A stretch of DNA of 63,580 nucleotides, the filler included, from an uncultured Methanosarcinales archaeon (GTDB lineage Archaea; Nanobdellota; Nanobdellia; Woesearchaeales; CAYVYK01), in the NCBI GenBank assembly GCA_964455675.1. It is 5 parts of 4 records of this genome, joined end to end, with 100 filler letters (N's around TTAATTAATTAA, not from the genome) between each part and the next. Parts side by side here need not be neighbours in the genome. Positions count along the whole stretch, not along the records: positions 1 to 7,790 come from CAYVYK010000002.1; positions 7,891 to 24,245 come from CAYVYK010000006.1; 3 more parts are not named here. The stretch is one strand, 5' to 3'. Shown piece after piece: positions 1 to 8,735 of this stretch. The stretch's first letter is position 1. Each line of letters begins with the position of its first letter. The notes under the pieces are model-generated. The model was given only the letters and a program-made list of their open reading frames with translations, ran no database searches and was not told the DNA's origin. Position numbers and translations under genes: made by a program.

Positions 1-1
1 A

Positions 2-128
2 TCCCCGTGGCCGGATTCGAACCAGCAACCTTTCGGTATCGGCTATCGTGCGTTCATCCAAGGCTTTTGCCAATGTCAGCACGTGTTTGTACTACAGCCG
101 AACGCTCTAACCGTTGAGCTACACGGGG
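2..128 (-). tRNA. tRNA-Tyr(GTA) with 54-nt canonical 37/38 intron (intron 38..91)
   Basis: Minus strand CCCCGTG-TA-GCTCAACGGTTAGAGC-G-TTCGG-CTGTAG[intron]A-CCGAA-AGGTT-GCTGG-TTCGAAT-CCGGC-CACGGGG-A; the C1-G72 pair is typical of archaeal tRNA-Tyr. Confidence 0.93.
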
Positions 129-175
129 TTAATATGATCGTGATCATAACTTGTTTTTAAATATGCCGTAGGTAC

Positions 176-285
176 TTCTTTTTCCCCAGGCTTTTTCTTG
201 CGAGCCTGTAAGGCGAGCGAAGAAAAAGGCTGCGGTTCAGCTACACGGGGATAGTATGAACGTGATTTCCATCTGTTTTTAAATC
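176..285 (-). repeat. Palindromic element plus duplicate of the tRNA-Tyr 5' end and promoter
   Basis: AGCTACACGGGG..TATGA.CGTGAT..TGTTTTTAAAT at ~117-162 recurs at ~239-284; between them lies the hairpin GCTTTTTCTT-GCGAGCCTGTAAGGCGAGCG-AAGAAAAAGGC. Confidence 0.8.
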
Positions 286-338
286 TACCGTCCAGAAGAG
301 GCTCTTGCCACAAGACCCGTTTCTCCCGAACATGCGCG

Positions 339-395
339 CCCTTTTCCAAGATTGATTTGTGCAGGGAAAAGGGCTCGCCGAAGGCTCGCAATAAT
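339..395 (-). repeat. Dispersed double-hairpin repeat (family A)
   Basis: Minus strand ATTATTGCGAGCCTTCGGCGAGCCCTTTTCC...GGAAAAGGG, matching copies at 21757-21811 and 62622-62677. Confidence 0.85.
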
Positions 396-419
396 TTATC
401 TCGTTCTACGTAGAGACTT

Positions 420-965
420 CTAGCTCTTCTCAATCGCTCCAAGAACATCTGATTTCGTGATCACACCAACGATTTTTCCCCCCTCGCCAACGAGGACCAT
501 GGGAAAATGCTTCAAGAGGGCGTACACCACGGATGATGGTGTCTCAAGTCCAACGATCGGTGGAGGCTCAAGCATGATCTCGCGCACGGTCCGTACATGC
601 TTGTCGAGCAATCCGGAGAGAATGACACTCTCGCTCACCATGCCGACGACATGATCATGCTCCATCACCGGTAGCTGGCTTATTCCGTGCTTCTTCATCT
701 GATCGATGACTTGCCGGATTTCATCCTGTGGATGGCACATAATGAGTTTTTTGCGCGCCAGCTCTTTCGCTTTCTTCTCCGCTGAATGCGTCAAACGGTC
801 AAGCACTTCAAAAATCCTGAGGGCTGTCGTATATGAGGGATCGACTTTCCCTGCTTCGATCTTTGCGACCATGCTCTGAGAAACGCCGCTTTGTGATGCG
901 AGAACTCCCTGTGTCAATCCGTGCTTCTTTCTGAGGGTCTTAATCTCACCAAGACTTTGATGCAT
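420..965 (-). CDS. XRE-HTH + CBS-pair transcriptional regulator
   Basis: N-terminal LRKKHGLTQGVLASQSGVSQSMVAKIEAG HTH; CBS motifs GISQLPV and VGVITKSD; a common archaeal architecture. Confidence 0.9.
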   Translation of the reverse strand: MHQSLGEIKTLRKKHGLTQGVLASQSGVSQSMVAKIEAGKVDPSYTTALRIFEVLDRLTHSAEKKAKELARKKLIMCHPQDEIRQVIDQMKKHGISQLPVMEHDHVVGMVSESVILSGLLDKHVRTVREIMLEPPPIVGLETPSSVVYALLKHFPMVLVGEGGKIVGVITKSDVLGAIEKS

Positions 966-1005
966 CTTGATGAATAATTAGCCAGCCTATTTATTCCTTT
1001 TGGAA

Positions 1006-2163
1006 TTAAAGTCTTGCTTCTTTCTTGAGGACCGGTGCCTTATCCGTCCGCTCCCATGTGAATATGGCAGCTTCACGCCCAAAATGCCCATAACTTGCTG
1101 TCTGTTTGAATATTGGGCGCTTGAGATCGAGTGCTTTGATTATCTCTCCAGGTTTTAGCGGAAAGATCTTCCGTATGAGCTTGCTAATCTCGTCTGGAGG
1201 GATTTTATTTGTACCAAAGCATTCCACGTTGACGCTTACAGGATCAGCGACGCCGATCGCGTAGCTGATCTGCACTTCGCATTTGTCCGCAAGGCCTGCC
1301 GCAACGACATTTTTTGCGATGTACCGCGCTGCGTACGCCGCGCTTCTATCGACTTTGCTTGGATCCTTTCCAGAGAATGCTCCACCGCCGTGCCGACCGA
1401 CACCCCCATAGGTGTCAACAATGATCTTCCGTCCCGTCACGCCAGTATCCGCTTCAGGTCCTCCCTTGTAGAACTTCCCTGTGGCGTTAATGTGGAACTT
1501 CGTGTTCCGGTCGATAAAATCGTTACAAACAGGGAGTATGACATTTTCCATGATCATTTTGTGCAGCTGTTTTTCCTCAATCTCTTCAGTATGTTGCTGC
1601 GCAATAACGATCGCATCGATGCGCATAGGTTTTCCGCCGATGTATTCAAAAGTAACTTGAGTTTTTCCATCCGGTCCAAGGTGGGGAATAATGCTCTTTT
1701 TACGCACCTCTGCAAGTTTCTTTGCGAGCTTATGCGCGTAAGTTATCGGAGCAGGCATGAGTTCCGGCGTCTCATTTGTAGCGTATCCGTACATGATTCC
1801 CTGATCGCCCGCTCCCTGCTCCTTGCTTTTGCTCTCGTTTACACCCTGCGCAATGTCAGGACTCTGGCCGTGGATGCTTACCATGACCCCACAGTCTTCT
1901 GAATCGATTCCGAATCGGGGGTCAGTGTATCCAATTTCCTTAAGAGTCCTTCGACTGATCTGTTGTACATCTGCAAATCCTTGAGTAGTAACTTCACCCG
2001 CTACTACGACAAGGCCTGTCGTCGTCAGGCATTCTACGGCAACCCTTGAGTTTGGATCCTGACGAATAAGCTCATCAAGAATCGCATCTGATATCTGGTC
2101 GCAGATTTTATCAGGATGCCCTTCAGTAACACTTTCACTTGTGATTAATACTTTTTCACCCAT
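1006..2163 (-). CDS. metK: Methionine adenosyltransferase (bacterial/eukaryotic type)
   Basis: Signatures [17 protein letters not shown] and [16 protein letters not shown]. Confidence 0.98.
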   Translation of the reverse strand: MGEKVLITSESVTEGHPDKICDQISDAILDELIRQDPNSRVAVECLTTTGLVVVAGEVTTQGFADVQQISRRTLKEIGYTDPRFGIDSEDCGVMVSIHGQSPDIAQGVNESKSKEQGAGDQGIMYGYATNETPELMPAPITYAHKLAKKLAEVRKKSIIPHLGPDGKTQVTFEYIGGKPMRIDAIVIAQQHTEEIEEKQLHKMIMENVILPVCNDFIDRNTKFHINATGKFYKGGPEADTGVTGRKIIVDTYGGVGRHGGGAFSGKDPSKVDRSAAYAARYIAKNVVAAGLADKCEVQISYAIGVADPVSVNVECFGTNKIPPDEISKLIRKIFPLKPGEIIKALDLKRPIFKQTASYGHFGREAAIFTWERTDKAPVLKKEARL

Positions 2164-2285
2164 AATTCTACCTCCAGAATTTGCCCATAAAACAATTGCT
2201 GAAAAAAGGTGTGCGGCTTATAATTTTTATTATTAGAAATATTCATAAAAGAATAAAACTGAAAAGAAGAACAATAGTATGATCT

Positions 2286-2684
2286 TTAGTCAACGCTCCA
2301 CATATTTCCTTTTCCCGCCAACCATGCGCCAAGCGTTGCGACGATAATATAGCTCATATTTGTGGATACAGATGCTCCGTTATCGAGGATCATGAGGCCA
2401 ACATTAAGCAAGGCAAACAGCAGTATGGTGAGTCCAAATGCAGCTTGTGTCTTCCATCCCATGATGAGAAGCACGCCAAGGAATAACTCAAGGATGAGGA
2501 CTACCCAACCGAGGAAGGCGATGAGTTGTGCAGAAATCCATGGAGATCCTGCAAAAAGCGTGATCAGGTTTGCGCTCCATCGTTCGGTCCCCATGAGTAT
2601 TTTGCCAAATCCTGCAAACAGTAGTAGCGAACCAAGTACCATGCGCAGTGAGAATGTCACGAAACCGTTGAAAGCTTTTGTCAT
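2286..2684 (-). CDS. DoxX-family membrane protein
   Basis: LRMVLGSLLLFAGFGK ... ELFLGVLLIMGWKT pattern; four hydrophobic segments. Confidence 0.75.
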   Translation of the reverse strand: MTKAFNGFVTFSLRMVLGSLLLFAGFGKILMGTERWSANLITLFAGSPWISAQLIAFLGWVVLILELFLGVLLIMGWKTQAAFGLTILLFALLNVGLMILDNGASVSTNMSYIIVATLGAWLAGKGNMWSVD

Positions 2685-2812
2685 ACGTCACCCCCAGATT
2701 GGATATATGGGATAATCTGGGAAGGATTATAAAGCTTTTGATTGATTATCTACTCATAAGTAGTCTCAGTGCTGGATACAAGAATGAAGGATGGCAATAA
2801 GAAAGGAAAAAA

Positions 2813-3730
2813 TTACTTCTTTTTGATCTTCTTGAGTTCCCGCTCAAGCTTCAGTTCATCAAGGAGTTCCTTGTAACGGTTCCTGATCGTGACTTCCGTC
2901 ACTCCGGCTATATCCGCCACTTCGCGCTGTGTGCGCTTCTCCCCATGGAGAAGTGCCGCTACGTAGAGTGCCGCTGCCGCAATACCTGTCGGCCCGCGTC
3001 CCGATGTAAGCTCAGCCTTCTGTGCCTGTTCTAGGATCTCAATGCTTCTAGACTGTGTCTCCGCGCTAAGCTTAAGTGAACTCGCAAACCGAGCGACATA
3101 ATCTGCTGGATTGCTTGGGAGAATGGTTATTCCAAGTTCCCTTGTCACGAAACGGTACGTTCGTCCGATTTCTTTTTTCTCAATACCGGAAGCTTCGCTG
3201 AGTTCATCAAGCGTCCTTGGGATCTCATGGCGTCTGCATGCAGCATAGAGTGCTCCAGCAACAACGCTTTCCATGCTTCGTCCGCGTACAAGGCCTCGCT
3301 GCACAGCGAGCGTATAGATGCGAGCGGATTCCTCTTCAACGGACTTGGGAAGTTTGAGGTATGAGGATACTCTCTTAAGCTCAGCAAGAGCGAGCTTTAA
3401 GTTCCTTTCAATAGCTGTCGAGATGCGATACTGCCATTTTCTCAGCCTGAAGAACTTGTTCCTGTCCTTGCCATCAAGACTGTAAATATCAGCTTTCTGT
3501 CCAACTTCAGTTCCAAGACCCTGATCATACTGGGTATAGGTCATTGGCGCCCCGGTTCGTCGTCGCTTCTCAGCACCCTCGCTGTCGAAGTCTCTCCATT
3601 CCTGGGTAAAGTCTACCATCTTGTCTTCAACGACTAGACCGCAATCCTTGCAAATGATCTCTCCCTTATCACGATTGAGAAATAGGTTTATTCCACCACA
3701 TTCCGGACATTTCTTGACGAAAGTGCTCAT
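2813..3730 (-). CDS. tfb: Transcription initiation factor IIB (TFB)
   Basis: Zn ribbon CPECG..CKDCG, B-reader EWRDF, cyclin repeats with GRSMES and GRGPTG..VTEVTIRNRY; start taken at ATG 3730. Confidence 0.98.
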   Translation of the reverse strand: MSTFVKKCPECGGINLFLNRDKGEIICKDCGLVVEDKMVDFTQEWRDFDSEGAEKRRRTGAPMTYTQYDQGLGTEVGQKADIYSLDGKDRNKFFRLRKWQYRISTAIERNLKLALAELKRVSSYLKLPKSVEEESARIYTLAVQRGLVRGRSMESVVAGALYAACRRHEIPRTLDELSEASGIEKKEIGRTYRFVTRELGITILPSNPADYVARFASSLKLSAETQSRSIEILEQAQKAELTSGRGPTGIAAAALYVAALLHGEKRTQREVADIAGVTEVTIRNRYKELLDELKLERELKKIKKK

Positions 3731-4019
3731 GTGTACCACCCGGCTTCTTGTTGCCCCCAACAAGCTGTCGTTTTTTCCTAATGTATATTACCGATAATTA
3801 CAATAAGTTTATATATGAAATCTAATGGTAGTATTTAAATCTTGTGGTGTTTTTTGTCCCAATCCCCAAGTTTCACGTCTATAAACTGATTTTTTTGTCA
3901 CGATCTCGTTGGAAAGCAACATTTAAATGGCTTTGCCATTCTCGCCTATATCTGTGTTTTTCTGATGTTAGAGCGATTTTATCACAAAACTTATTAATGA
4001 GCTAATTCTTGATATGCGA

Positions 4020-4187
4020 ATGCCAAAGGATCCGTTAAGTAAAGAGTTGTTTGGTATTCTTGCTTGCCCGGTATGTAAGGGATCACTGAAGTATAACGAG
4101 AAAAAAACAGGCCTCTCCTGTAGTCGCTGCAAACATATCTACGCCATAAGAAAGGGTATTCCCATCCTTATGCCACCGGAGAAGTGA
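4020..4187 (+). CDS. Trm112-like small Zn-ribbon protein
   Basis: Translated by hand (below the ORF cutoff): MPKDPLSKELFGILACPVCKGSLKY...LSCSRCKHIYAIRKGIPILMPPEK. Confidence 0.85.
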   Translation: MPKDPLSKELFGILACPVCKGSLKYNEKKTGLSCSRCKHIYAIRKGIPILMPPEK

Positions 4188-4191
4188 AGTA

Positions 4192-4635
4192 ATGGACCAC
4201 AAGACGAGGGAATTCATCGAGTCTCTCATCGCAAACGGATATTCCGAACAAGATATCCATGCGGCACTGACAAGAGCGGGCTGGAAGGATGAGCATGTAT
4301 ACGACGCATTTCAGGACTTCTATGACAAGCGTGTTGAGCCTAGTACGAGAAAATTGACTCTTCATCAGGGTAAAAATTCCAAGATACCATCGCCACCTAA
4401 CCCACCACACTACCATCCTATGCAGCACTGGATTCCAGTCGCCGCTGCGGGTGTTTTTCTGGTAATTGCGGGCGCTCTCGCTTTCGGTGTTCCCTCAATG
4501 AGTGCGAATGCAATATACGATGTCGATCCAACGGGTTTACTCAAGACGCCATTTGCACTGATAATCGCTGGGTTCGCACTGTTCTTCGTCATGATGATTG
4601 TATTCATGTTCATGACACTGCGGGCGAACGATTAA
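4192..4635 (+). CDS. Hypothetical membrane protein
   Basis: Short helical N-domain (GYSEQDIHAALTRAGW) plus two C-terminal hydrophobic segments; directly follows Trm112. Confidence 0.7.
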   Translation: MDHKTREFIESLIANGYSEQDIHAALTRAGWKDEHVYDAFQDFYDKRVEPSTRKLTLHQGKNSKIPSPPNPPHYHPMQHWIPVAAAGVFLVIAGALAFGVPSMSANAIYDVDPTGLLKTPFALIIAGFALFFVMMIVFMFMTLRAND

Positions 4636-4884
4636 GGGACCAGTGATTATGACAGGATTATTGACAATCACTGTTTTTCTCTTCACCCGTCGTTCGTAGG
4701 GTACCCAGTCATATTCAAAAGACTCATATGTGCTGTTATTGTGTTCTGCATTCCTGAAGGTTGCAGTCCTTCTTTGTGCGTGCGAATCTCGGTACGCCCA
4801 ATCATCGTTAATGTTCGTAGTTGAACAACCGCTGACTGCGAGTGCTCCTGCGACCATCCATTCAAGTATACGTCTGGTTTTCAT
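4537..4884 (-). CDS. Hypothetical lipoprotein-like protein
   Basis: Basic N-terminus, hydrophobic stretch and AVSGC lipobox-like motif; overlaps the convergent gene by ~100 nt. Confidence 0.5.
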   Translation of the reverse strand: MKTRRILEWMVAGALAVSGCSTTNINDDWAYRDSHAQRRTATFRNAEHNNSTYESFEYDWVPYERRVKRKTVIVNNPVIITGPLIVRPQCHEHEYNHHDEEQCEPSDYQCKWRLE

Positions 4885-4919
4885 AACTAAGAAGAATCGA
4901 TTGGGCCATAAAAATGTTG

Positions 4920-6518
4920 CTACTCTCTGGAGTGGTCATAGAGTTCGGTTTGGCTGCGCTGCATGGCAAGTATTCGTTCGGCGAACTCAAGGTGTCTACG
5001 TGCCATCACATCATCTCGAAAATTCGTGTCAGCGAACTTTTTTGCCAATCGCCGTTTCTGTCGGAACTGCTCTGGATCTCCATGGTATTCTGCCAGAAAC
5101 CTGCAAATTCCATTGTATAAACCCTCGCTGCTGAATGGTGAGAAGCCGTCTTCCGGGGTTCCAAAGTGAAATCCGTTCTGACCATCGATGATTGTGTCGT
5201 TGAAACCACCGATTCTTGGGGCAACAGTAAATACCCCATACTTTCCTGCCTTCTGCGGAATATACTCACATGGTGCACGCTCCGAACAATTGAGTGCACA
5301 ATCCGCTGCTCCCATCATCTTTCGTTCGAGTGAATCCTCAAATTCTTTGACCAGTATTCTTCCCTTATGACCTCGCTCTTCAAGCCTTCGCGCCTGTTCT
5401 CGTACTGAACCATACAGCACTCCATCGGCGGCTATTGCGATCTGTGCTGCGGGCTGCTGGTGATACTCCATGAGTGCTTCCATTGTGTGTATGAGGTGTT
5501 CTGCGCCCTTATCACGAGTTAACCGATTATTCCAAATGAATAATGGCGCTTCCGGATCGATCTGCAAATGCTTTCGATGTTCTGCCTGGAATGCTGCTTT
5601 GTTTTGCCGCTTTCCCTCATCCAAATCCACGCTATTGAATACCGTGTATCGAGGGTCCGCATCGAGTGCATAATCTATCTCGGACATATAGCTCGTCGGT
5701 GGAGCATTTGGAATCCCGGTCGCGCGGTTGTGCTTTGCCTTCTCCCGTATCTCATGCGCAAACATAACATGGGCACCGCTGATGCCTTCATCTTTCAGTA
5801 CTTCGAGGAACCATCCCTGGCTTGGAAGTACGACTCCCTGAGAGGCATAGATCCCGCTCATCTGAAAATTGACGATATCGCCTCCCCATGAATCCTTGTA
5901 GAGTCGATCATATCCCCACAGCGTCATACCAGCTGCTTCAAGTTCCTTCTTTGACGCCTTTTCGGAGTATGTTTGATGCACGATGTGAATGACTGGTAGC
6001 GCAATATCAGTTAATCCAGCAATGAGTCCCGTCGTCCAACAGTGTGTTACAACAAGATCCGGCTTCAGGTACGGAATTAGGGCGTCTTGACAATATCGCT
6101 GGAATGCAATGCTTTGTGCAAGCCTTTCTCCACCGTAGACCTGGCTACTCGTCATCGCTCGATCAAATATGGGATCTCGTATCAGGAATAAGCGCTCCTC
6201 TGCATGGTGAATTCCCGCACGTTCCATCTGCTGATACTCCCTTCTTATACGATCCGCGAGAATATCGTTTCCCATGACGCCCCAGTGTGGCATCGCGACA
6301 GCGACATTCGCCCCAAGATTATGCTGTCCGATGGCAAGTCCCGCAACCATATCTCCTTGTCCGCCTATTTTCAACATCTTTCGAGTTGTATTGTAGACAG
6401 TCCGTGTAACCCCACTGGACTCAACCTCTGTAGGGAGCGTAAAATCTGGCCAGTTCTCAAGTTCCATGCTAAGGTGTAAAATGAGCGGTCGATTTTTTCG
6501 TGCTTTTTCATCTGTCAT
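4920..6518 (-). CDS. Divergent glycogen/starch synthase-like glycosyltransferase (GT5/GT-B)
   Basis: KIGGQGDMV (cf. KTGGL), GKRQNKAAFQ, RLTRDKG, SERAPCE (cf. SRFEPCG), GGFNDTI. Confidence 0.8.
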   Translation of the reverse strand: MTDEKARKNRPLILHLSMELENWPDFTLPTEVESSGVTRTVYNTTRKMLKIGGQGDMVAGLAIGQHNLGANVAVAMPHWGVMGNDILADRIRREYQQMERAGIHHAEERLFLIRDPIFDRAMTSSQVYGGERLAQSIAFQRYCQDALIPYLKPDLVVTHCWTTGLIAGLTDIALPVIHIVHQTYSEKASKKELEAAGMTLWGYDRLYKDSWGGDIVNFQMSGIYASQGVVLPSQGWFLEVLKDEGISGAHVMFAHEIREKAKHNRATGIPNAPPTSYMSEIDYALDADPRYTVFNSVDLDEGKRQNKAAFQAEHRKHLQIDPEAPLFIWNNRLTRDKGAEHLIHTMEALMEYHQQPAAQIAIAADGVLYGSVREQARRLEERGHKGRILVKEFEDSLERKMMGAADCALNCSERAPCEYIPQKAGKYGVFTVAPRIGGFNDTIIDGQNGFHFGTPEDGFSPFSSEGLYNGICRFLAEYHGDPEQFRQKRRLAKKFADTNFRDDVMARRHLEFAERILAMQRSQTELYDHSRE

Positions 6519-6685
6519 GGGGCCTTTAAGCGGCTTTATACCAGCTTATAAAGATATCTTTTTTATAATTAATATATAATTATAGAATCAGACAACTTTA
6601 TAAATTTCTGAAGCCATATTTATTTATAGTCCTTATAAACACATACGAACAGACTGTGGCTTATGTATGTAGAATAATACCATAT

Positions 6686-6863
6686 GCCACGGTGAAATAA
6701 CAAAGGCAAATTCATGCCACCGTGGCATACACACCGAGACAAGCTCGATGGTCGCCACGGTGAAATGATAAAGTCAAATTCATGCCACCGTGGCATACAC
6801 ACCGAGACAAGCTCGATGGTCGCCACGGTGAAATGATAAAGTCAAATTCATGCCACCGTGGCA
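6686..6863 (+). repeat. 68-bp tandem repeat running into the tRNA-Ser 5' end
   Basis: CAAATTCATGCCACCGTGGCA starts at 6707, 6775 and 6843; two identical full units, each with the internal inverted repeat CACCGTGGC/GCCACGGTG. Confidence 0.9.
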
Positions 6864-6935
6864 CAATCTGGTACTGCGCTAGCCTTGAGAGCTGGTTCCC
6901 GAAAGGGTTTCTCGGTTCAAATCCGAGCGGTGGCG
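6852..6935 (+). tRNA. tRNA-Ser(TGA)
   Basis: GCCACCG acceptor, anticodon arm CTAGC-CTTGAGA-GCTGG, long variable arm, CTCGG-TTCAAAT-CCGAG, G73. Confidence 0.93.
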
Positions 6936-7280
6936 TTAGCCGACGCGAGGGCTTAAAAATCGCCTTGCGATTTTTATTGTCCGAGCGGTGGCGTAGTGAG
7001 TGAAGTAAACGAAGCCATTGCTCGGGCTTAGAAACGAGCGTAGCGAGTTTCAATTGTCCGAGCGGTGGTGTTTNNNNNNNNNNNNNNNNNNNNNNNNNNN
7101 NNNNNNNNNNNNNNNNNNNNNNNNNNNNNNNNNNNNNNNNNNNNNNNNNNNNNNNNNNNNNNNNNNNNNNNNNTGCTCGGGCTTAGAAACGAGCGTAGCG
7201 AGTTTCAATTGTCCGAGCGGTGGTGTTTAGCCGACGCGAGGGCTTAAAAATCGCATGGCGATTTTTATTGTCCGAGCGGT
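6936..7280 (+). repeat. tRNA-linked repeats containing copies of the tRNA-Ser 3' end (interrupted by a 100-N gap at 7074-7173)
   Basis: TCCGAGCGGT(GG) recurs at ~6980, ~7055, ~7212 and ~7271, each preceded by a hairpin. Confidence 0.85.
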
Positions 7281-7341
7281 AAATTGGATCAGTTATTTCT
7301 CCTCTGAATATTTTTATATAAGACAGGATCTCACATCACTT

Positions 7342-7790
7342 GTGAAGGCGCCAAACGAGTGGAGTCGAGTTCTCGAGTATCTGGTGGTATTCATTTGTGT
7401 TGTCATTCTCGTCTGGATTCCTGCGGGTCTTTTCTATGATCACCGTCTAATCCACGGGTACCCTGTTGCCTGCAAAGAATTCTGTTTTTTTCATATCCCA
7501 TTTGCAGAGTACATCATGCAACACGGATTCCTTGACCAAGCTCCCCCTCAAGTGGCTGCAGGAATTAAGCACACATACCCTATCCAGCCAGCGATCCCAA
7601 GTTATTTGGTGGCGTATTCGGGTTTGTTCGTTCATGAAATATCAGTCGACGAGCTTCATAACCTATTCCTTTTTGCCATTCTGATATTCATTCCGCTGAT
7701 GGCATACGTGATCATTAGACATCATGACAAAAAATTGGCGATTCTGAGTTTACCTTTGCTGATGTTTAGTGTCAGGGACGAGTTTATCAC
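7342..7790 (+). CDS. Membrane protein, possibly GT-C-like (partial, cut by contig end)
   Basis: Open frame with several hydrophobic segments up to the linker; start uncertain. Confidence 0.5.
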
Positions 7791-7890
7791 NNNNNNNNNN
7801 NNNNNNNNNNNNNNNNNNNNNNNNNNNNNNNNNNTTAATTAATTAANNNNNNNNNNNNNNNNNNNNNNNNNNNNNNNNNNNNNNNNNNNN
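7791..7890. other. Artificial contig linker (N44-TTAATTAATTAA-N44)
   Basis: Stop-in-all-frames spacer embedded in Ns. Confidence 0.97.
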
Positions 7891-7935
7891 AGATTCGCCA
7901 CACATTTTATATAGGAAATTGCCGATTCCGCAAGC

Positions 7936-8097
7936 ATGGACAAGAAAACAAGCGAGTACATAGTTGCGGCGGTATCCTTTGGTCTTGGACTACTCCTACT
8001 CTATACGAACGGGTATCGCATCAGTCTTGGGCTGTTTCTTGGCATCGTCCTCTTTGTGTTCGGTATTTGCGGATTCCTGTGGGCACGACGCGCATAA
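7936..8097 (+). CDS. Small two-TM protein (53 aa)
   Basis: Translated by hand: MDKKTSEYIVAAVSFGLGLLLLYTNGYRISLGLFLGIVLFVFGICGFLWARRA; TATA-like TTTTATATA upstream. Confidence 0.65.
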   Translation: MDKKTSEYIVAAVSFGLGLLLLYTNGYRISLGLFLGIVLFVFGICGFLWARRA

Positions 8098-8153
8098 CCA
8101 GAGGAATTTTCTGTACCGCAAGATTTTTAAGCTCATAATATTGGCATAACTGA

Positions 8154-8735
8154 ATGTTCGTTCAACTCATCAAGCTCATCGTACTTTTCGTCGTCATTTT
8201 TGACCCGCTTGCGAGCTTTGCGGTATTCGTCGTGGCGACACAACATATGCTGCCCAAAGAGAGGAGACGGACTGCAATGCTATCCGTGCTTGTCGCGGGG
8301 TCCATATCGCTTGGGTTCCTTCTCCTTGGAAAGTACCTCCTTATCGCATTCAGCACGACACTTGATGAGTTTCGAATCGCTGGCGGAATCATCCTTGGAA
8401 TACTCGGAGTGAAAATGGCCCTTGGACATTCCCTTGCGGATCTTGACAGTGTTCGGCACAGCAGTGGTCGCGCGATTGCCGCAATCATCGGGACGCCGCT
8501 TCTTACAGGACCTGCCGCGATCACCGCAATAATGATATCCACGAGTGACTTTGGCATTGCCACTACCGGACTTGCCGTCTTCATCGTCCTTCTTGGAACC
8601 GCAGTCCTGTTCTATTACGCGGAGGCGCTCTCGCACAAGTTTGGCAAGACATTCATCCAAGTGCTTTCCACGATACTTGGCCTCATCACAACCGCGTGGG
8701 GCGTCAAATTCATCCGCGAAGGACTTGGTATCTAA
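8154..8735 (+). CDS. MarC-family membrane protein
   Basis: LFVVIFDPL, FRIAGGIIL, PLLTGPAAIT and ILGLI motifs. Confidence 0.92.
   Translation: MFVQLIKLIVLFVVIFDPLASFAVFVVATQHMLPKERRRTAMLSVLVAGSISLGFLLLGKYLLIAFSTTLDEFRIAGGIILGILGVKMALGHSLADLDSVRHSSGRAIAAIIGTPLLTGPAAITAIMISTSDFGIATTGLAVFIVLLGTAVLFYYAEALSHKFGKTFIQVLSTILGLITTAWGVKFIREGLGI

Noticed and set aside
119..448. ORFs over tRNA-flanking repeats (also 6620-7247, 41891-42308, 56159-56594)
   Set aside because: They run through tRNAs and palindromic repeats and lack protein-like features.
6686..6863. CRISPR array
   Set aside because: Units are fully identical with no unique spacers and derive from the adjacent tRNA 5' end; no cas operon.
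7791..7890. TTAATTAATTAA as a biological repeat, and gene linkage across it
   Set aside because: It is an artificial linker placed identically within Ns four times.
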